From Candidatus Latescibacterota bacterium (GTDB lineage: Bacteria; Latescibacterota; UBA2968; UBA8231), in contig OZ241362.1 of the NCBI GenBank assembly GCA_965200315.1, forward strand, positions 2,080,001-2,144,000: 64,000 nucleotides of DNA. The letters run 5' to 3'. Below the pieces are notes generated by a model, which worked only from the letters and a program-made list of their open reading frames with translations, searched no databases and was not told the DNA's origin. The translations under genes and the position numbers were made by a program. This document shows positions 37,390-47,478 of this stretch, piece by piece (positions within the stretch are counted from its first letter, which is position 1; every line of letters begins with the position of its first letter).

Positions 37390-38634
37390 ATGAAGATCGA
37401 CGATATCGATATCTATTGTATCGAACCAGAAGTTTTGCCAGCGGTCCCCGACTATCCACCATTCCTGTCGGCACTACACCAGCGCGTAGTTTTCAAAGTC
37501 AGCCTCGACAACGGAATCGTCGGCTACGGCGAGTACCGCTGCTACGCGCCCGACAAATCGGCCGTCGAGCCGCTGATCGGACGCAATCCCTTTGATTTTA
37601 TCAACCACGATCTCAATATCGGCCTCAGCCAGTGGTGCTTGGGATTGTCGGCGGCGCTCTACGACGCCATGGGCAAGTATCTCGAAATCCCCGCCTACAA
37701 GCTGATGGGGACGAAGGTGCGGGACCGGGTCGCAGTCGCCGCGTGGACGCGCCCCTCGCCCCCGGACGTGCTGAGCCGAGAGGTACAACGCGCCGTTGAT
37801 CAAGGCTACATGCTGTTCAAAATGCACACCTGCCACCACTACGACGTGTTTGAACAAAACGAGGCCGTGGAGCAAACCGCCCCCGATCGCTTTCGCATTC
37901 AGTACGACTTCAACCACAACCGCTCCCTCGGCGTAGTCCTGCCGATCCTCAAGCGGCTGGAAAAGTCGTGGGTAGTGGGTTGCGTGGAGGACCCTTTGGT
38001 CTTGTCCGACATCGACGGTTGGCGACGGTTGCGGGAGAAGACCCACCTCCCGCTCTACATGCACGTGCCGCCGCTCGGCGGCCTACAGGAGCTGCTGCAC
38101 GGGCTCGCCGATGGCTATATCATCGGCGAATACTGCGGCGGTTTCGGCGACGCCTTGCAGCGCGGCTTTGCTTACTCAAAGGCCAACATTCCCTCGGTCA
38201 TTCAGCTCACGGGTGGCACCTTAGTCACGGCCTTTGCCCTGCACTTGGGAGCGGTTCTGCCAAAGGTCGCCCATACCATCACGCTCGACGACAACTACGT
38301 CGAAGATCTCGCAGCAACGCGCATTCCCGTCATCGAAGGGTGTTCTCCCGTGCCAGAAGGACCAGGCCTAGGCGTCGATGTGCGGGCGGCGGAACTCGAG
38401 CGCTTGGCCAATAGGCCGCCGAGAGAAACGCCGCGGGTCCTCGGCGTCGCGACGCTGCCCGGAGGCGGCACCCTGTTCTCAGTAGGCTTTCCCAATCTGG
38501 AATCCCTGCTGGGATACCAAGAGGGAACGATTCGCGGCCTTCGCTTTGAGCTGCGCCAAGACGACGGCTCAGAGGAGTTCGCTCGCCTCTACGAACGCGC
38601 ACAACGCGAAGGCTCCATCCTCGAGGCTCGATGA
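37390..38634 (+). CDS. Mandelate racemase/muconate lactonizing enzyme (enolase superfamily) protein
   Basis: ALYDAMGK..IPAYKLMG, FKMH, YDFN, VEDP, PEGPGLGV. Confidence 0.85.
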   Translation: MKIDDIDIYCIEPEVLPAVPDYPPFLSALHQRVVFKVSLDNGIVGYGEYRCYAPDKSAVEPLIGRNPFDFINHDLNIGLSQWCLGLSAALYDAMGKYLEIPAYKLMGTKVRDRVAVAAWTRPSPPDVLSREVQRAVDQGYMLFKMHTCHHYDVFEQNEAVEQTAPDRFRIQYDFNHNRSLGVVLPILKRLEKSWVVGCVEDPLVLSDIDGWRRLREKTHLPLYMHVPPLGGLQELLHGLADGYIIGEYCGGFGDALQRGFAYSKANIPSVIQLTGGTLVTAFALHLGAVLPKVAHTITLDDNYVEDLAATRIPVIEGCSPVPEGPGLGVDVRAAELERLANRPPRETPRVLGVATLPGGGTLFSVGFPNLESLLGYQEGTIRGLRFELRQDDGSEEFARLYERAQREGSILEAR

Positions 38635-39245
38635 GAAAGGTCTCCGCCGAGTACCCCGTGCTGAGGTCGGCGCGGCTGTGGCTGCGTCCCTTTGCGCTGG
38701 CAGACTGTGCCGAGGTCAACCGCCTAGTCGGCGACTCGGCGGTATCCTCCACGCTGGTTGCCGTAGAGTATCCCTACAGCGAGGACATGGCCCGCCGCTG
38801 GATCGCCAAACACCAGCCGAGCTACGACGCCGGCGGGGCGCTGAACTTCGCCGTAGAAGAGCGAGCAAGCCGGGTGCTGATCGGCTTCATCGGGGTTGGC
38901 GGCGATGAGCGCCGGGCTGGCATGGGCTACTGGTATGGCCGGCCGTTCTGGGGTAAAGGCTATGCCACCGAGGCTGGCCGCACCACCGTGGCCTTTGGCT
39001 TTGAGGAACTCGGCCTCGAGCGGATGGAGGCGTCGCACCTGAAGGACAACCTAACTTCCGGTCGAGCACTGCAAAAAATGGGCATGTCTCACGAGGGCCG
39101 CCGGGCCCACTACGTCCCCAAGTGGGATGCCCATTGCGACAAGGAAGAGTACGCCATCGACCGAGCGGATTATTTGCGATTGCGCACTGAGAGGCCGGAG
39201 CGCTATCGCTACGAACGCTTGGTGCCTATGCCGTCTACGGGCTAA
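38631..39245 (+). CDS. GNAT N-acetyltransferase (RimJ/RimL type)
   Basis: RLWLRP, GYWYGRPFWGKGYATEA, N..SGRALQKMGM. Confidence 0.88.
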   Translation: MRKVSAEYPVLRSARLWLRPFALADCAEVNRLVGDSAVSSTLVAVEYPYSEDMARRWIAKHQPSYDAGGALNFAVEERASRVLIGFIGVGGDERRAGMGYWYGRPFWGKGYATEAGRTTVAFGFEELGLERMEASHLKDNLTSGRALQKMGMSHEGRRAHYVPKWDAHCDKEEYAIDRADYLRLRTERPERYRYERLVPMPSTG

Positions 39246-39309
39246 CCATTCCAGCATTTCTAGGCTCCCCACATTGTGACAAGTCGCAGACAGTGCTTGC
39301 AATCAAACC

Positions 39310-39768
39310 ATGATGGCCGATAGTAAAAGAGACAGTGGAGCCATTCTGCGTCGGGGTGTCCTGCTGATATTTGTTCTAGGAACCGCAGGACTGGGCACCG
39401 AGTTGCTGCTGCTAGGGCATTTTGCAGAATGGCGTCAGCAGGTGCCCTTGGTGTTGCTAGCACTTGGGTTGGTCTTATTGGCAGTGCGGATGCTCTACCG
39501 GGCCGCGATTATTCTGCGTCTGTTCCGCTTGACCATGCTCGCTTTCGTCTTAGGCGGCATAGTCGGTCTCTGGTTTCATCTTAGTTCTAATATGGAATTT
39601 GAATTGGAAATGTACCCGACGCTGACTGGGTTGGAACTGCTATCTAAAGCGTTGGGCGGTGCCATGCCAGCGCTGGCACCTGGGGCACTGGTCCAGCTAG
39701 GACTGATCGGGTTTCTTTACACGCACCAACACCCGGCGCTAATCCGGGAGCGAACAAAGGAGAATTAA
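39310..39768 (+). CDS. Hypothetical 4-TM membrane protein
   Basis: Four hydrophobic segments; polar motifs ELLLLGH and WFHL..NMEFELE; followed 3 nt later by the HhH gene. Confidence 0.7.
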   Translation: MMADSKRDSGAILRRGVLLIFVLGTAGLGTELLLLGHFAEWRQQVPLVLLALGLVLLAVRMLYRAAIILRLFRLTMLAFVLGGIVGLWFHLSSNMEFELEMYPTLTGLELLSKALGGAMPALAPGALVQLGLIGFLYTHQHPALIRERTKEN

Positions 39769-39771
39769 GTA

Positions 39772-40404
39772 ATGCAGCGCGTCATTTCAGCCGTGATTTT
39801 AACCATCTGCCTCTATGGTAGCAGCGCCCAAGGGCAGGTCGGCAAAAACGAAACGGTTCTCAACCCCAACCGAGCAGGAGTCGAACAACTGTTGGCCTTA
39901 GCCCAACTCGATTCGGCGTTAGTCGAGGGGATTGCGGCGCGGCGGCCTTTTATCGGCATGGAAGCGTTCAATGCCTATTTGGATTCGACCTTGGCGGACT
40001 CGGCCCAAGCCGAGCTGTATGTCAAGCTCTTCCTGCCGATCAACCTCAATACCGCCAGCGACGCCGAGATGAAACTAGTGCCGGGAGTGGGCAAGCGCAT
40101 GGCGCACGAGTTTGACGAATACAGACCCTACAAAAACATGGCCCAGTGGCGGCGAGAAATCGGAAAATACGTCGATGAACACGAACTGGCGCGGCTGGAG
40201 CAGTACGTCTTCGTGCCGCTCGAACTCAACAGCGCCAGCGAGGCAGACTTCCTCACGATCCCGGGAGTGGGCAAGCGCATGGCGCACGAGTTTGAGGAAT
40301 ACAGACCCTACAAAAACATGGCCCAGTGGCGGCGAGAAATCGGAAAATACGTCGATGAACACGAACTGACGCGACTGGAACGGTATGTGTTTCTTGAAGA
40401 ATAG
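39772..40404 (+). CDS. Secreted helix-hairpin-helix (ComEA-like) repeat protein
   Basis: Signal peptide; LNTAS...VPGVGKRMA and LNSAS...IPGVGKRMA HhH units. Confidence 0.8.
   Translation: MQRVISAVILTICLYGSSAQGQVGKNETVLNPNRAGVEQLLALAQLDSALVEGIAARRPFIGMEAFNAYLDSTLADSAQAELYVKLFLPINLNTASDAEMKLVPGVGKRMAHEFDEYRPYKNMAQWRREIGKYVDEHELARLEQYVFVPLELNSASEADFLTIPGVGKRMAHEFEEYRPYKNMAQWRREIGKYVDEHELTRLERYVFLEE
40081..40368 (+). repeat. Intragenic direct repeat, 180-bp period
   Basis: 40081-40188 and 40261-40368 are identical except GAC/GAG. Confidence 0.9.
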
Positions 40405-40441
40405 GCCCTAGGAGCGCTTGCGATGGGAGACCTAGGAGCTG

Positions 40442-40803
40442 ATGGGACAACTCTTTGAAGTGATTCGACAACGGGTCCCAGAGCCAGCACACCTCCGAGC
40501 GGTTGGAAGAACGTGGTATCATGGAGTGGCAGGGATAGAGGGCGGCGAATGGATCGCCGAGCGGCCAGACGCGATGCCCAACCCGGCTGTCGAAATACGC
40601 GAATCATTGCCCGACGGTACGGAATACAAGGCCGTTTGGTCTCATCTGCGTCAGACAGGTGTCGCTAAGCTGATAACCGTATTTTTAATGGAGATTGGGC
40701 CATGCGCATTCCTATACAACGAATCAAGCGAACGCGGCTAATTCAGACTGATAGGTTTGTGGTTGCGGTAGAGGTCGAGATGGTCGTCCCAGCCGATTTG
40801 ACT
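40442..40803 (+). pseudogene. Decayed DUF4258-like toxin and truncated partner gene
   Basis: MGQLFEVIRQ.., HTSERLEERGIMEWQ in a shifted frame, then PNPAVEIRESLPDGTEYKAVWS..AKLITV; second ORF from 40702 MRIPIQRIKRTRLIQTDRFVVAVEVEMVVPAD breaks off before the TetR gene. Confidence 0.5.
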
Positions 40804-40853
40804 AAAAAAGGCAAGGGGTACGCTGCCGTGGATGCAGCGTAAAATTTCATACC

Positions 40854-41432
40854 ATGGCCAAGACCGACCGCAAAAAGCTCATCCTCGAAGAGGCGGCTCG
40901 TCTCTTCTCGGCCAAGCGCTTCGACGAAGTGCTCATGGACGACATTGCCCACCAAGCCGGCGTCGGCAAGGGGACGATCTACACGTACTTTGCCGACAAG
41001 GAAGAGCTGTACTTTGCAGTGGTTTTTGAAGGCATCCGGCGGCTCAACGAGCAACTCCGGCGCAAGGCCAATCGCCAGCAGGACCCCGAAGATGAACTCC
41101 GGCGGATCGTCCACGCCATCGTCTCCTTCTTCAGCCAGAACCGCTTCTTCTTTCGCTTGATGTCGCACGAGGACGGCAAGAGCGAGGACGGCAGGGGCGA
41201 AAACCGCAAGCGCTGGCGCGAGGAACGACGCATCCAACTCGCGGCAATCGAAACGGTCCTACAAAACGGCGCTGAGGATGGCGTCTTCTCAGTCGAGCAC
41301 CCGCAGGTCGAAGCCGCTATCCTCCGCGACATGGTGCGCTCGGTGATGATCCACTCAAGGAGCCTGAGCGCCGAAGCGATGGTCGATACCATCATGCGTA
41401 TCTTCCTCCAAGGCGTGCGCAAGAGGCCGTGA
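40854..41432 (+). CDS. TetR/AcrR family transcriptional regulator
   Basis: ILEEAARLF..MDDIAHQAGVGKGTIYTYFADKEEL HTH. Confidence 0.93.
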   Translation: MAKTDRKKLILEEAARLFSAKRFDEVLMDDIAHQAGVGKGTIYTYFADKEELYFAVVFEGIRRLNEQLRRKANRQQDPEDELRRIVHAIVSFFSQNRFFFRLMSHEDGKSEDGRGENRKRWREERRIQLAAIETVLQNGAEDGVFSVEHPQVEAAILRDMVRSVMIHSRSLSAEAMVDTIMRIFLQGVRKRP

Positions 41433-41724
41433 GCCGCGCTCGCGCTATCTATGACCGTCATTAGTTGAGAGCGGGTCGATACCCTCACCAAGCTGCAACG
41501 CCTCGACCTCCTCTCGACCGTAATCAGCTAAGCGGCTGTATCCCATCAGCCTTATTTGACCTAGAAACGGAGCTACCCGTGGGTCGGCTGAGACCAAGCA
41601 GCCGGCGGCTGAGATGACGCCTGAAATCGTATATGTCATGCCGGTCTCCATTTTTGAGTATGTATCACCATAAGTATGTGGCAGATAACCCCATAGCCTC
41701 TCGCATCGTCGCTCTACAATCCCC

Positions 41725-43332
41725 TCAAAACTGCCGCTCACCATCAATGGCCGCATCCCAACGCTGCGAGTACAGGTAGTCCAGCGCGGCCTGCGTGGCT
41801 GTGGGCGAGCCAATCTGTTGCAGGGCATTGAGCGCGAACGCGCCCACGTGACCGCAGGAATCGTCGAGGGCCCTGAAGAGCTGGGGTTCCAACGGAGCCG
41901 CGGCTTGACCGAGCTGGGCGCACGCTATCGCCGCGTTGGTCCGCACCTGATCGCGCGGCACCCAGCGGCGGCCAGCTTCCTCCCGCCAATTTGGGTGATC
42001 GGCCGAGAGCATTCGCCCCAAGGCTTCTACCGGTATGTCTTGCGCGATATTGCCCAGCGCGACGAGGGCCGTGCGCACCAAGCGATGCGAGCCGTCTTCG
42101 AGGCTCCGCGTCAGCGCCGGGACCGCAGCCACTGCGTGCGAATCCATTTCGCCGAGGGCAAAGGCGGCGTTGACTTGCGTCCACTCGCTTTCGTCCGCCA
42201 ACAGCGCACAAAGCACCTCAACCGCCGGTTCGCCAACAGCCGCGAGGGCCTGCGCCGCGTCCTCCATGTTAGTCGCCCCCTCGTTCCAAGCAGGCGGTGC
42301 CTCGTGTTGGTCGGCCTCACGACCTGCTGAGCGCAACGCTTTGGCCAGTGGCGCGACCGCGGGCTCGCCGATCGCGCCCAGCGCGTAGGTCGCTGCCGTG
42401 CGCATGGCTTGGTGATCGGTGCCCAAGCACTCGACTAGCACGGGTACGGCTGCAGCCGCGTCAACGCCGAATCCAGCCAATTGCTGTGCCGCCGCCAGCC
42501 GCTGTGCCAAGTCCACCTCTGGATCGAGCTGAGCGATGAGTGCCGCCACGTCTCCAGTGGCCTGTGGCCAGCTATCGTAGCGATCCTGCTTGCCGCAGAG
42601 CCAGTCCCAAGTGTGCGCCCAAGCCAACTCCAGATCGTAGGGAGACTCAATCCGCTGGGGCTTTTGCCAGTGCATGCTTTTGCAGCCCCAAGTCGGTGCC
42701 GTCGGCTCGGAGGCTCGCATGTAGATGAACTTTATCATGTGCCGATGCCTCGGTAGCAGGCTGACGCCAGCCGCGTGGCCCACGTCAAAGTGCGTCAGGG
42801 ACACCGTGCCGGCCCGACCGGCCAATGGCAAGGCGCGTGCGCGGTCTTCGTCGGTCAGTCCGCGATTGAACTGCGTACCCGGAATCACGTGCGTCGGCCC
42901 CAACTCGACCGGCGCATCCTGAGGGTAGTACATGATCCGCGCATAGCGCAGATAGTGCTGGCGCGGGTGGCCCATCGGCGTGTACCCATCCTGATGGCAG
43001 TTGCGGCGCAGCCTTTCTTCGGCTTCGGCCGCAGGCACAGCTCCCTCCACCGGCTTGAGCGGATGGCAGTAGCGGTGCGGATGCTCCAAGTAGTTCGGGC
43101 CTAAGACGCTGATGAGTGCGCCGCGCACCTCGGGCGAGTTGAGCACGTGGCGCATGGCCGGTACACGCGGCAGAATGTTGTTGCCCGGGTTGAGCTCGGA
43201 ATCGATGATTTGGTTGAGCCGCTCATAGCACGCTTCGTGCGTCCCCGCGGGCACGGTCGGCTCAAAGACCAGATAGCCATTAGCAATAAACTCGCGCATC
43301 TGCTCGTCGGTGAGCAAAATCGGGTCGGTCAT
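41725..43332 (-). CDS. Phytanoyl-CoA dioxygenase family protein fused to HEAT/PBS-lyase repeats
   Basis: FIANGYL, CHQDG (HxD), GPTHVIPGT, distal His; C-terminal AxALG HEAT repeats. Confidence 0.85.
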   Translation of the reverse strand: MTDPILLTDEQMREFIANGYLVFEPTVPAGTHEACYERLNQIIDSELNPGNNILPRVPAMRHVLNSPEVRGALISVLGPNYLEHPHRYCHPLKPVEGAVPAAEAEERLRRNCHQDGYTPMGHPRQHYLRYARIMYYPQDAPVELGPTHVIPGTQFNRGLTDEDRARALPLAGRAGTVSLTHFDVGHAAGVSLLPRHRHMIKFIYMRASEPTAPTWGCKSMHWQKPQRIESPYDLELAWAHTWDWLCGKQDRYDSWPQATGDVAALIAQLDPEVDLAQRLAAAQQLAGFGVDAAAAVPVLVECLGTDHQAMRTAATYALGAIGEPAVAPLAKALRSAGREADQHEAPPAWNEGATNMEDAAQALAAVGEPAVEVLCALLADESEWTQVNAAFALGEMDSHAVAAVPALTRSLEDGSHRLVRTALVALGNIAQDIPVEALGRMLSADHPNWREEAGRRWVPRDQVRTNAAIACAQLGQAAAPLEPQLFRALDDSCGHVGAFALNALQQIGSPTATQAALDYLYSQRWDAAIDGERQF

Positions 43333-43441
43333 TGAGAATTCTCCTTTGGAAACCGCCTACTTGTTTTGCAAAGCGGTGGGAAGTGGTTAGTGATTAGTGA
43401 TTAGTCCACCCCTCACTACTCCAAGAAGGGGTGCGGTGGAC

Positions 43442-45337
43442 TCAAATCCGCACCTTCAGGGCCGCGGCCTTTAGCTGTTCGCAGCGGCGCGGCGCGTAGG
43501 GGGGCTGTTGGGTCTCGCGCAAATCAAAGCCAAAGGCGCGCTTGCTCAAGACGATGATCGGCGGCGCTTGAATCCGTTTGAAGTAGTTGGTCCGCACTTG
43601 GTGCTCCACCCATTCGAGGTCTTCGATCCAACTACGCGCATCTGGGAAGTACGCGTGGAAACGCGCCTCGTCGTCCCATTCCAACTTCTCTAGTAGTACG
43701 CCCTCTATAAACCACTGCAACAAATCGCTGCTGTGCCGCCGGTATTCGATGAACTGCCGCAGCACCGCGTCGTGGTATCCGTACTTGATCGGGTCGCCCA
43801 ATCCCTGCGTCACGTCTTGGGCCTCAGACAGCTCGGCACTGGGCACCACCGAGCCGTCGAGCAAATTCTCCGGCACCACGGCGCGGCCATAGACGGCCTC
43901 GTTGAGAAAGCGCGCCAGCGCAAAGACCTGCACCTTGTACAGATCGGCAATCGGCGCCACCGCGCCGCTGACATCTCCGTAGAGCGTGGCGTAGCCCAAG
44001 GCGACCTCGGTCTTGTTGCCGTTGGACGTGAACACGAGTCCGTATTTGGCCGCTAAGCCGGAGAGCACATCGGCAAAGCGGATGCGCGCCTGCACGTTCT
44101 CGTCCACCAGCCGCGTGTACTCGCCCTGACCCACGGAAAATTCCGCGCCCTGTACGAGAGCGGCTACAGCCTCGTATAGCGATTCGATTGGGCAGCATAG
44201 ATAGTCGACGCCCAGCGCGGCGCACAGCGAGCGAGCATTGTCTTGGGTGACGGCCGCATTGAAGCGCGTCGGCATGTTGACCGCAAACACGCGCTCTGGG
44301 CCAAAGGCGCACTCTAGCAGACAGCAGACCACGCTGGAGTCCACGCCGCCGCTCGTCGCAATGAGGAATTTGCTCTTTGCGCCGCGCATGTCGTCGAGGT
44401 GCCGCAGCCCGGTGAGGATGCCCGCGTACTGGGCTTCGATCTCGCTTTGGAGCGGCGCGACCTCGCCGCAGCCCGTGAGCACGAGCTGTTCCCGCCACGG
44501 ACGCGCACGGCACACAATGTCCCCATGGGCCGCATACGCAGTGCTGTCGCCGTCAAACACGATGATGTTCTTGCCGTTGTTTTGCGCTCCAACTTGGTTG
44601 ACGTAGAAAAACGGCAGGGGCGAGCGCGCCAATATCTGGCGCACCACGCGGTTGCGCTTGTCGCTTTTTTGCCAAGTAAAGGGCGAGGACGAAAGGTTGA
44701 ATACGGCCTCGGCCCCGCGCCGGCGATACAGCGCGAGCGTGTCGAGGGGCTGGCCGCTGTGGGAGTAGTCCTCGCACCACATGTCCTCGCATAGCTGGAC
44801 GCCAAAGCTAAAGGGCCGCCCGTCCTTGAGCCACACCTTGTATGGATGCAGCCAGTCCTCCAGCGGCCGGCCCTCAGCCTCAGCCAAGTGACGCAGCGAA
44901 AAAAAGTGCCGGTCGTCGTCAAAAAATCGGTAGTTGGGATGCAGGGTCTTGGGCTGGACGCCGCAGGGCAGGCCGGCGGGCACCGCGGCGCGCACCGCGT
45001 ACTCGCCGTTGGCGCACACATAGACGGCATTGTACTTGCGCCGCCGTCCATCTTGCCCCTTGTGGACAGAGTCCACCGCCACATTGCCAAAAATCACAGT
45101 CAACCCAGTGCTGGCCCGGCAAATAGCGTCGCTGTACCCGGCAAAATCCTCGACGTAAGCATCCAGCTCCCACAAGTCGCCGAGGATATAGCCGCTGATG
45201 CACAGCTCGGAAAACACCACGACCTCAGCGCCAGCCTCCCGCGCCTGCTCGATAAAGGCCAGCATCCGCTCCGCATTCAGGTCGGGTCGCCCGGGCTTGA
45301 CCTCCATCTGCACCAAGGCGATTGCGGGCAGACCCAT
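43442..45337 (-). CDS. nadE: Glutamine-dependent NAD+ synthetase
   Basis: Start ATG 45337 (TGATG overlap); nitrilase domain FSELCISGY, QLCEDMW; synthetase SGGVDSS, ENVQARIR, NKTEVALGYATLYGD, PSAEL. Confidence 0.92.
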   Translation of the reverse strand: MGLPAIALVQMEVKPGRPDLNAERMLAFIEQAREAGAEVVVFSELCISGYILGDLWELDAYVEDFAGYSDAICRASTGLTVIFGNVAVDSVHKGQDGRRRKYNAVYVCANGEYAVRAAVPAGLPCGVQPKTLHPNYRFFDDDRHFFSLRHLAEAEGRPLEDWLHPYKVWLKDGRPFSFGVQLCEDMWCEDYSHSGQPLDTLALYRRRGAEAVFNLSSSPFTWQKSDKRNRVVRQILARSPLPFFYVNQVGAQNNGKNIIVFDGDSTAYAAHGDIVCRARPWREQLVLTGCGEVAPLQSEIEAQYAGILTGLRHLDDMRGAKSKFLIATSGGVDSSVVCCLLECAFGPERVFAVNMPTRFNAAVTQDNARSLCAALGVDYLCCPIESLYEAVAALVQGAEFSVGQGEYTRLVDENVQARIRFADVLSGLAAKYGLVFTSNGNKTEVALGYATLYGDVSGAVAPIADLYKVQVFALARFLNEAVYGRAVVPENLLDGSVVPSAELSEAQDVTQGLGDPIKYGYHDAVLRQFIEYRRHSSDLLQWFIEGVLLEKLEWDDEARFHAYFPDARSWIEDLEWVEHQVRTNYFKRIQAPPIIVLSKRAFGFDLRETQQPPYAPRRCEQLKAAALKVRI

Positions 45338-46464
45338 CAGGCCATCACGGGAACCCGCGCCTCGTGGATGCACTCGGCCAACACCGGTACGCCCTCGCGG
45401 ATGGCCTCCAGCGAGGCGAAGCCAAAAGCGAGGCGTATGGCCGGCACGTCCTCGCGCCGGATGTGGAAGCCTTGCCCCCGCGCCACCACAACGCCGCGCT
45501 CGGCACACAGGGCCATGAGGTGCGCGCGGTCCACCTCTTCTGGGAACTCGATCCAGATGAACATGCCGCCCACCGGTCGCGACCACGTGCAGAGCTCGCC
45601 GGCGTTTTCTTCGAGGCCGGCGAAGACCGCGTCGCGCTTTTCTCTGAGGATGGCGTTGGTCTCGGCCAAGTGCTGCCACAGTCGGTCGCGGAACAGGGCC
45701 GCGCAGCTAGCGGCCGCCAGCAAGCTGTTGCCCCCGTCGTAGCGGCGATCGAGGATCCGCCCCAACATGGGCGGCCGGGCCAACAAATAGCCCAAGCGCA
45801 CGCCGGGGCCCAAAATTTTGGACAGCGAGCCGATGTACAGGACGTTGGGGCTGTCGTCGAGCGCGTAGAGCGCCGGCTCTTCCGGGCCTTCAAAATGCAC
45901 GTCTCCGTAGCAGTTGTCTTCCACCACAATGGCATCGTAGTAACGCGCTACTTCGAGCAGTTCGAGGCGGCGCTGCCGCGGCATGACTGAGCCGGTGGGA
46001 TTCTGATAGGTTGCCAAGGTATAAATAAAGCGCGGCCGGGTGCCCTTGCGGTGCAAATCCGCCAAAACGTCGGCCAGCGCATCGACGCGCATCCCCTGCT
46101 CGTCGAGCGGCACCCCGACTAGCTCGGCTCCCAGCCGCTTGTAAGCGCCAATCGTCCCGGAATACGTCAATTCCTCGGTGACGATCACGTCCCCCGGCCC
46201 TTCCATCAGTGCCTCGGCTATTAGGGTAACCGCCTGCATGGAGCCGTTCATCAGCGCGATGTGGTCCGCAGACACGTCTAGGCCCTCGCGCTTGGATTCG
46301 CGCATGGCCATGACCTCGCGCAAGCCCTGATGGCCCATGTCGCCGGGATAGCTCACTAGCGCTGCGCCCAACTCGCGCACGGCTTCACTAGCGGCCTCGG
46401 CCAGCGCCTCCGTGGGGAACGAGCCGGGATCTGTGCGTCCACTGCCGAAATCGTATGTGTTCAT
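45337..46464 (-). CDS. Class I PLP-dependent aminotransferase (2-aminoadipate/aromatic, MocR-like without HTH)
   Basis: NGSMQA, YQNPTG, EDNCY, GSLSKILGPGVRLG. Confidence 0.88.
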   Translation of the reverse strand: MNTYDFGSGRTDPGSFPTEALAEAASEAVRELGAALVSYPGDMGHQGLREVMAMRESKREGLDVSADHIALMNGSMQAVTLIAEALMEGPGDVIVTEELTYSGTIGAYKRLGAELVGVPLDEQGMRVDALADVLADLHRKGTRPRFIYTLATYQNPTGSVMPRQRRLELLEVARYYDAIVVEDNCYGDVHFEGPEEPALYALDDSPNVLYIGSLSKILGPGVRLGYLLARPPMLGRILDRRYDGGNSLLAAASCAALFRDRLWQHLAETNAILREKRDAVFAGLEENAGELCTWSRPVGGMFIWIEFPEEVDRAHLMALCAERGVVVARGQGFHIRREDVPAIRLAFGFASLEAIREGVPVLAECIHEARVPVMA

Positions 46465-46476
46465 AACATGCTCCTT

Positions 46477-47478
46477 TTAGAGTTCCAATCGCTTGAGTCG
46501 AGGGTTTTCAGTAAGCCCCGGTATCCGCCCTCGCTTGGCCACGGGGCGGCCATCTACTTCCTTAATGTCCGCAGTGAAATCTATCGCCGCGGCCGCGCTA
46601 ATCGCGCTGCCGACCCCAAACGCATCCACCGGTGCCCCTGCCGCCCGGAAATAACCAATTCGCTCGGCGTCTAAGCCGCCGGAGACCGCGATCTTTACAT
46701 GGCTATGCCCGGCTTGGTCGAGCCGCGCTCGCACCTCCGCGACCAACTCAGCCGTGACGCGGCCGCGCTCGCCGGGGGTGTCCAGCCGCACACCCCACAG
46801 CTTCTCGCCTAGGGCTTCTGCCAGCCGCAGGCTTTCTTCCGCTTCGTCCTTAAAGGTATCAACCAGTGCAATGCGCTCGACCTCGGCGTCGATGTGGCGA
46901 TCAAAGGCCTCGGCGGCCTTGAGCGTGTCGCCGAGGCACAAAATCAGGGCGTGAGGCATGGTTCCGGTGGCCGCGATGCCAGCGAGGGCGGCCCCTTGGG
47001 GGGTGGCGCAGCCAGCGCACCCTCCGACGATGGCCGCGTATTCCATCCGCGCACTGACCTCTGGATGGATATGCCGGGCACCGAAGCTGATGATCGGCAC
47101 TCCGTCGGCTGCGGCCACGCACTCCGCCGCAGCCGTGGTCCACCCGGTCTCGCTGCTGAGCATCCCCAACAGCGCCGTCTCGTACAGCCCGAACTGCCGG
47201 TAGGGTGCGCGAATTCGCAAGACGACCTCGTGCGGCTCGATCCAATCCCCTTCGTCCAAGCTCCACACCTCGGCCCCCTCGTCGAGTACCTGCCGCAAGA
47301 GAGCCTGCGCCTCGCGCAAGCCGCAGAGCCGGGCGTGCCGCCGAGTGAACACTTCCATCGCCACCACCGGATTGAGTTGCTCAGCCTCTAGGATGTCGCA
47401 ACTGCGGCGGAAGTAAATATCCGCGTTGTCGCCCGCCAGCGTCGCCGCCGAAGGCGCATATAGGTCGCGCTCTACCAT
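46477..47478 (-). CDS. pncB: Nicotinate phosphoribosyltransferase
   Basis: Start ATG 47478 (overlaps pncA stop); DIYF, SFGARH, GTMPHA, LVDTF, GVRLDTP, SGG, FGVGS. Confidence 0.88.
   Translation of the reverse strand: MVERDLYAPSAATLAGDNADIYFRRSCDILEAEQLNPVVAMEVFTRRHARLCGLREAQALLRQVLDEGAEVWSLDEGDWIEPHEVVLRIRAPYRQFGLYETALLGMLSSETGWTTAAAECVAAADGVPIISFGARHIHPEVSARMEYAAIVGGCAGCATPQGAALAGIAATGTMPHALILCLGDTLKAAEAFDRHIDAEVERIALVDTFKDEAEESLRLAEALGEKLWGVRLDTPGERGRVTAELVAEVRARLDQAGHSHVKIAVSGGLDAERIGYFRAAGAPVDAFGVGSAISAAAAIDFTADIKEVDGRPVAKRGRIPGLTENPRLKRLEL

Noticed and set aside
40081-40390. Near-identical repeat pair as a DGR template/variable repeat
   Set aside because: Both copies are in frame in one gene, differences are not adenine-specific, and there is no reverse transcriptase in the window.
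41445-41700. Small minus-strand ORF (ATG 41639, GGAG upstream)
   Set aside because: No recognisable domain; cannot distinguish a remnant from chance.
45338-45679. Arg-rich N-terminal extension of nadE
   Set aside because: Alternative-frame read of the aminotransferase gene; real start is 45337.
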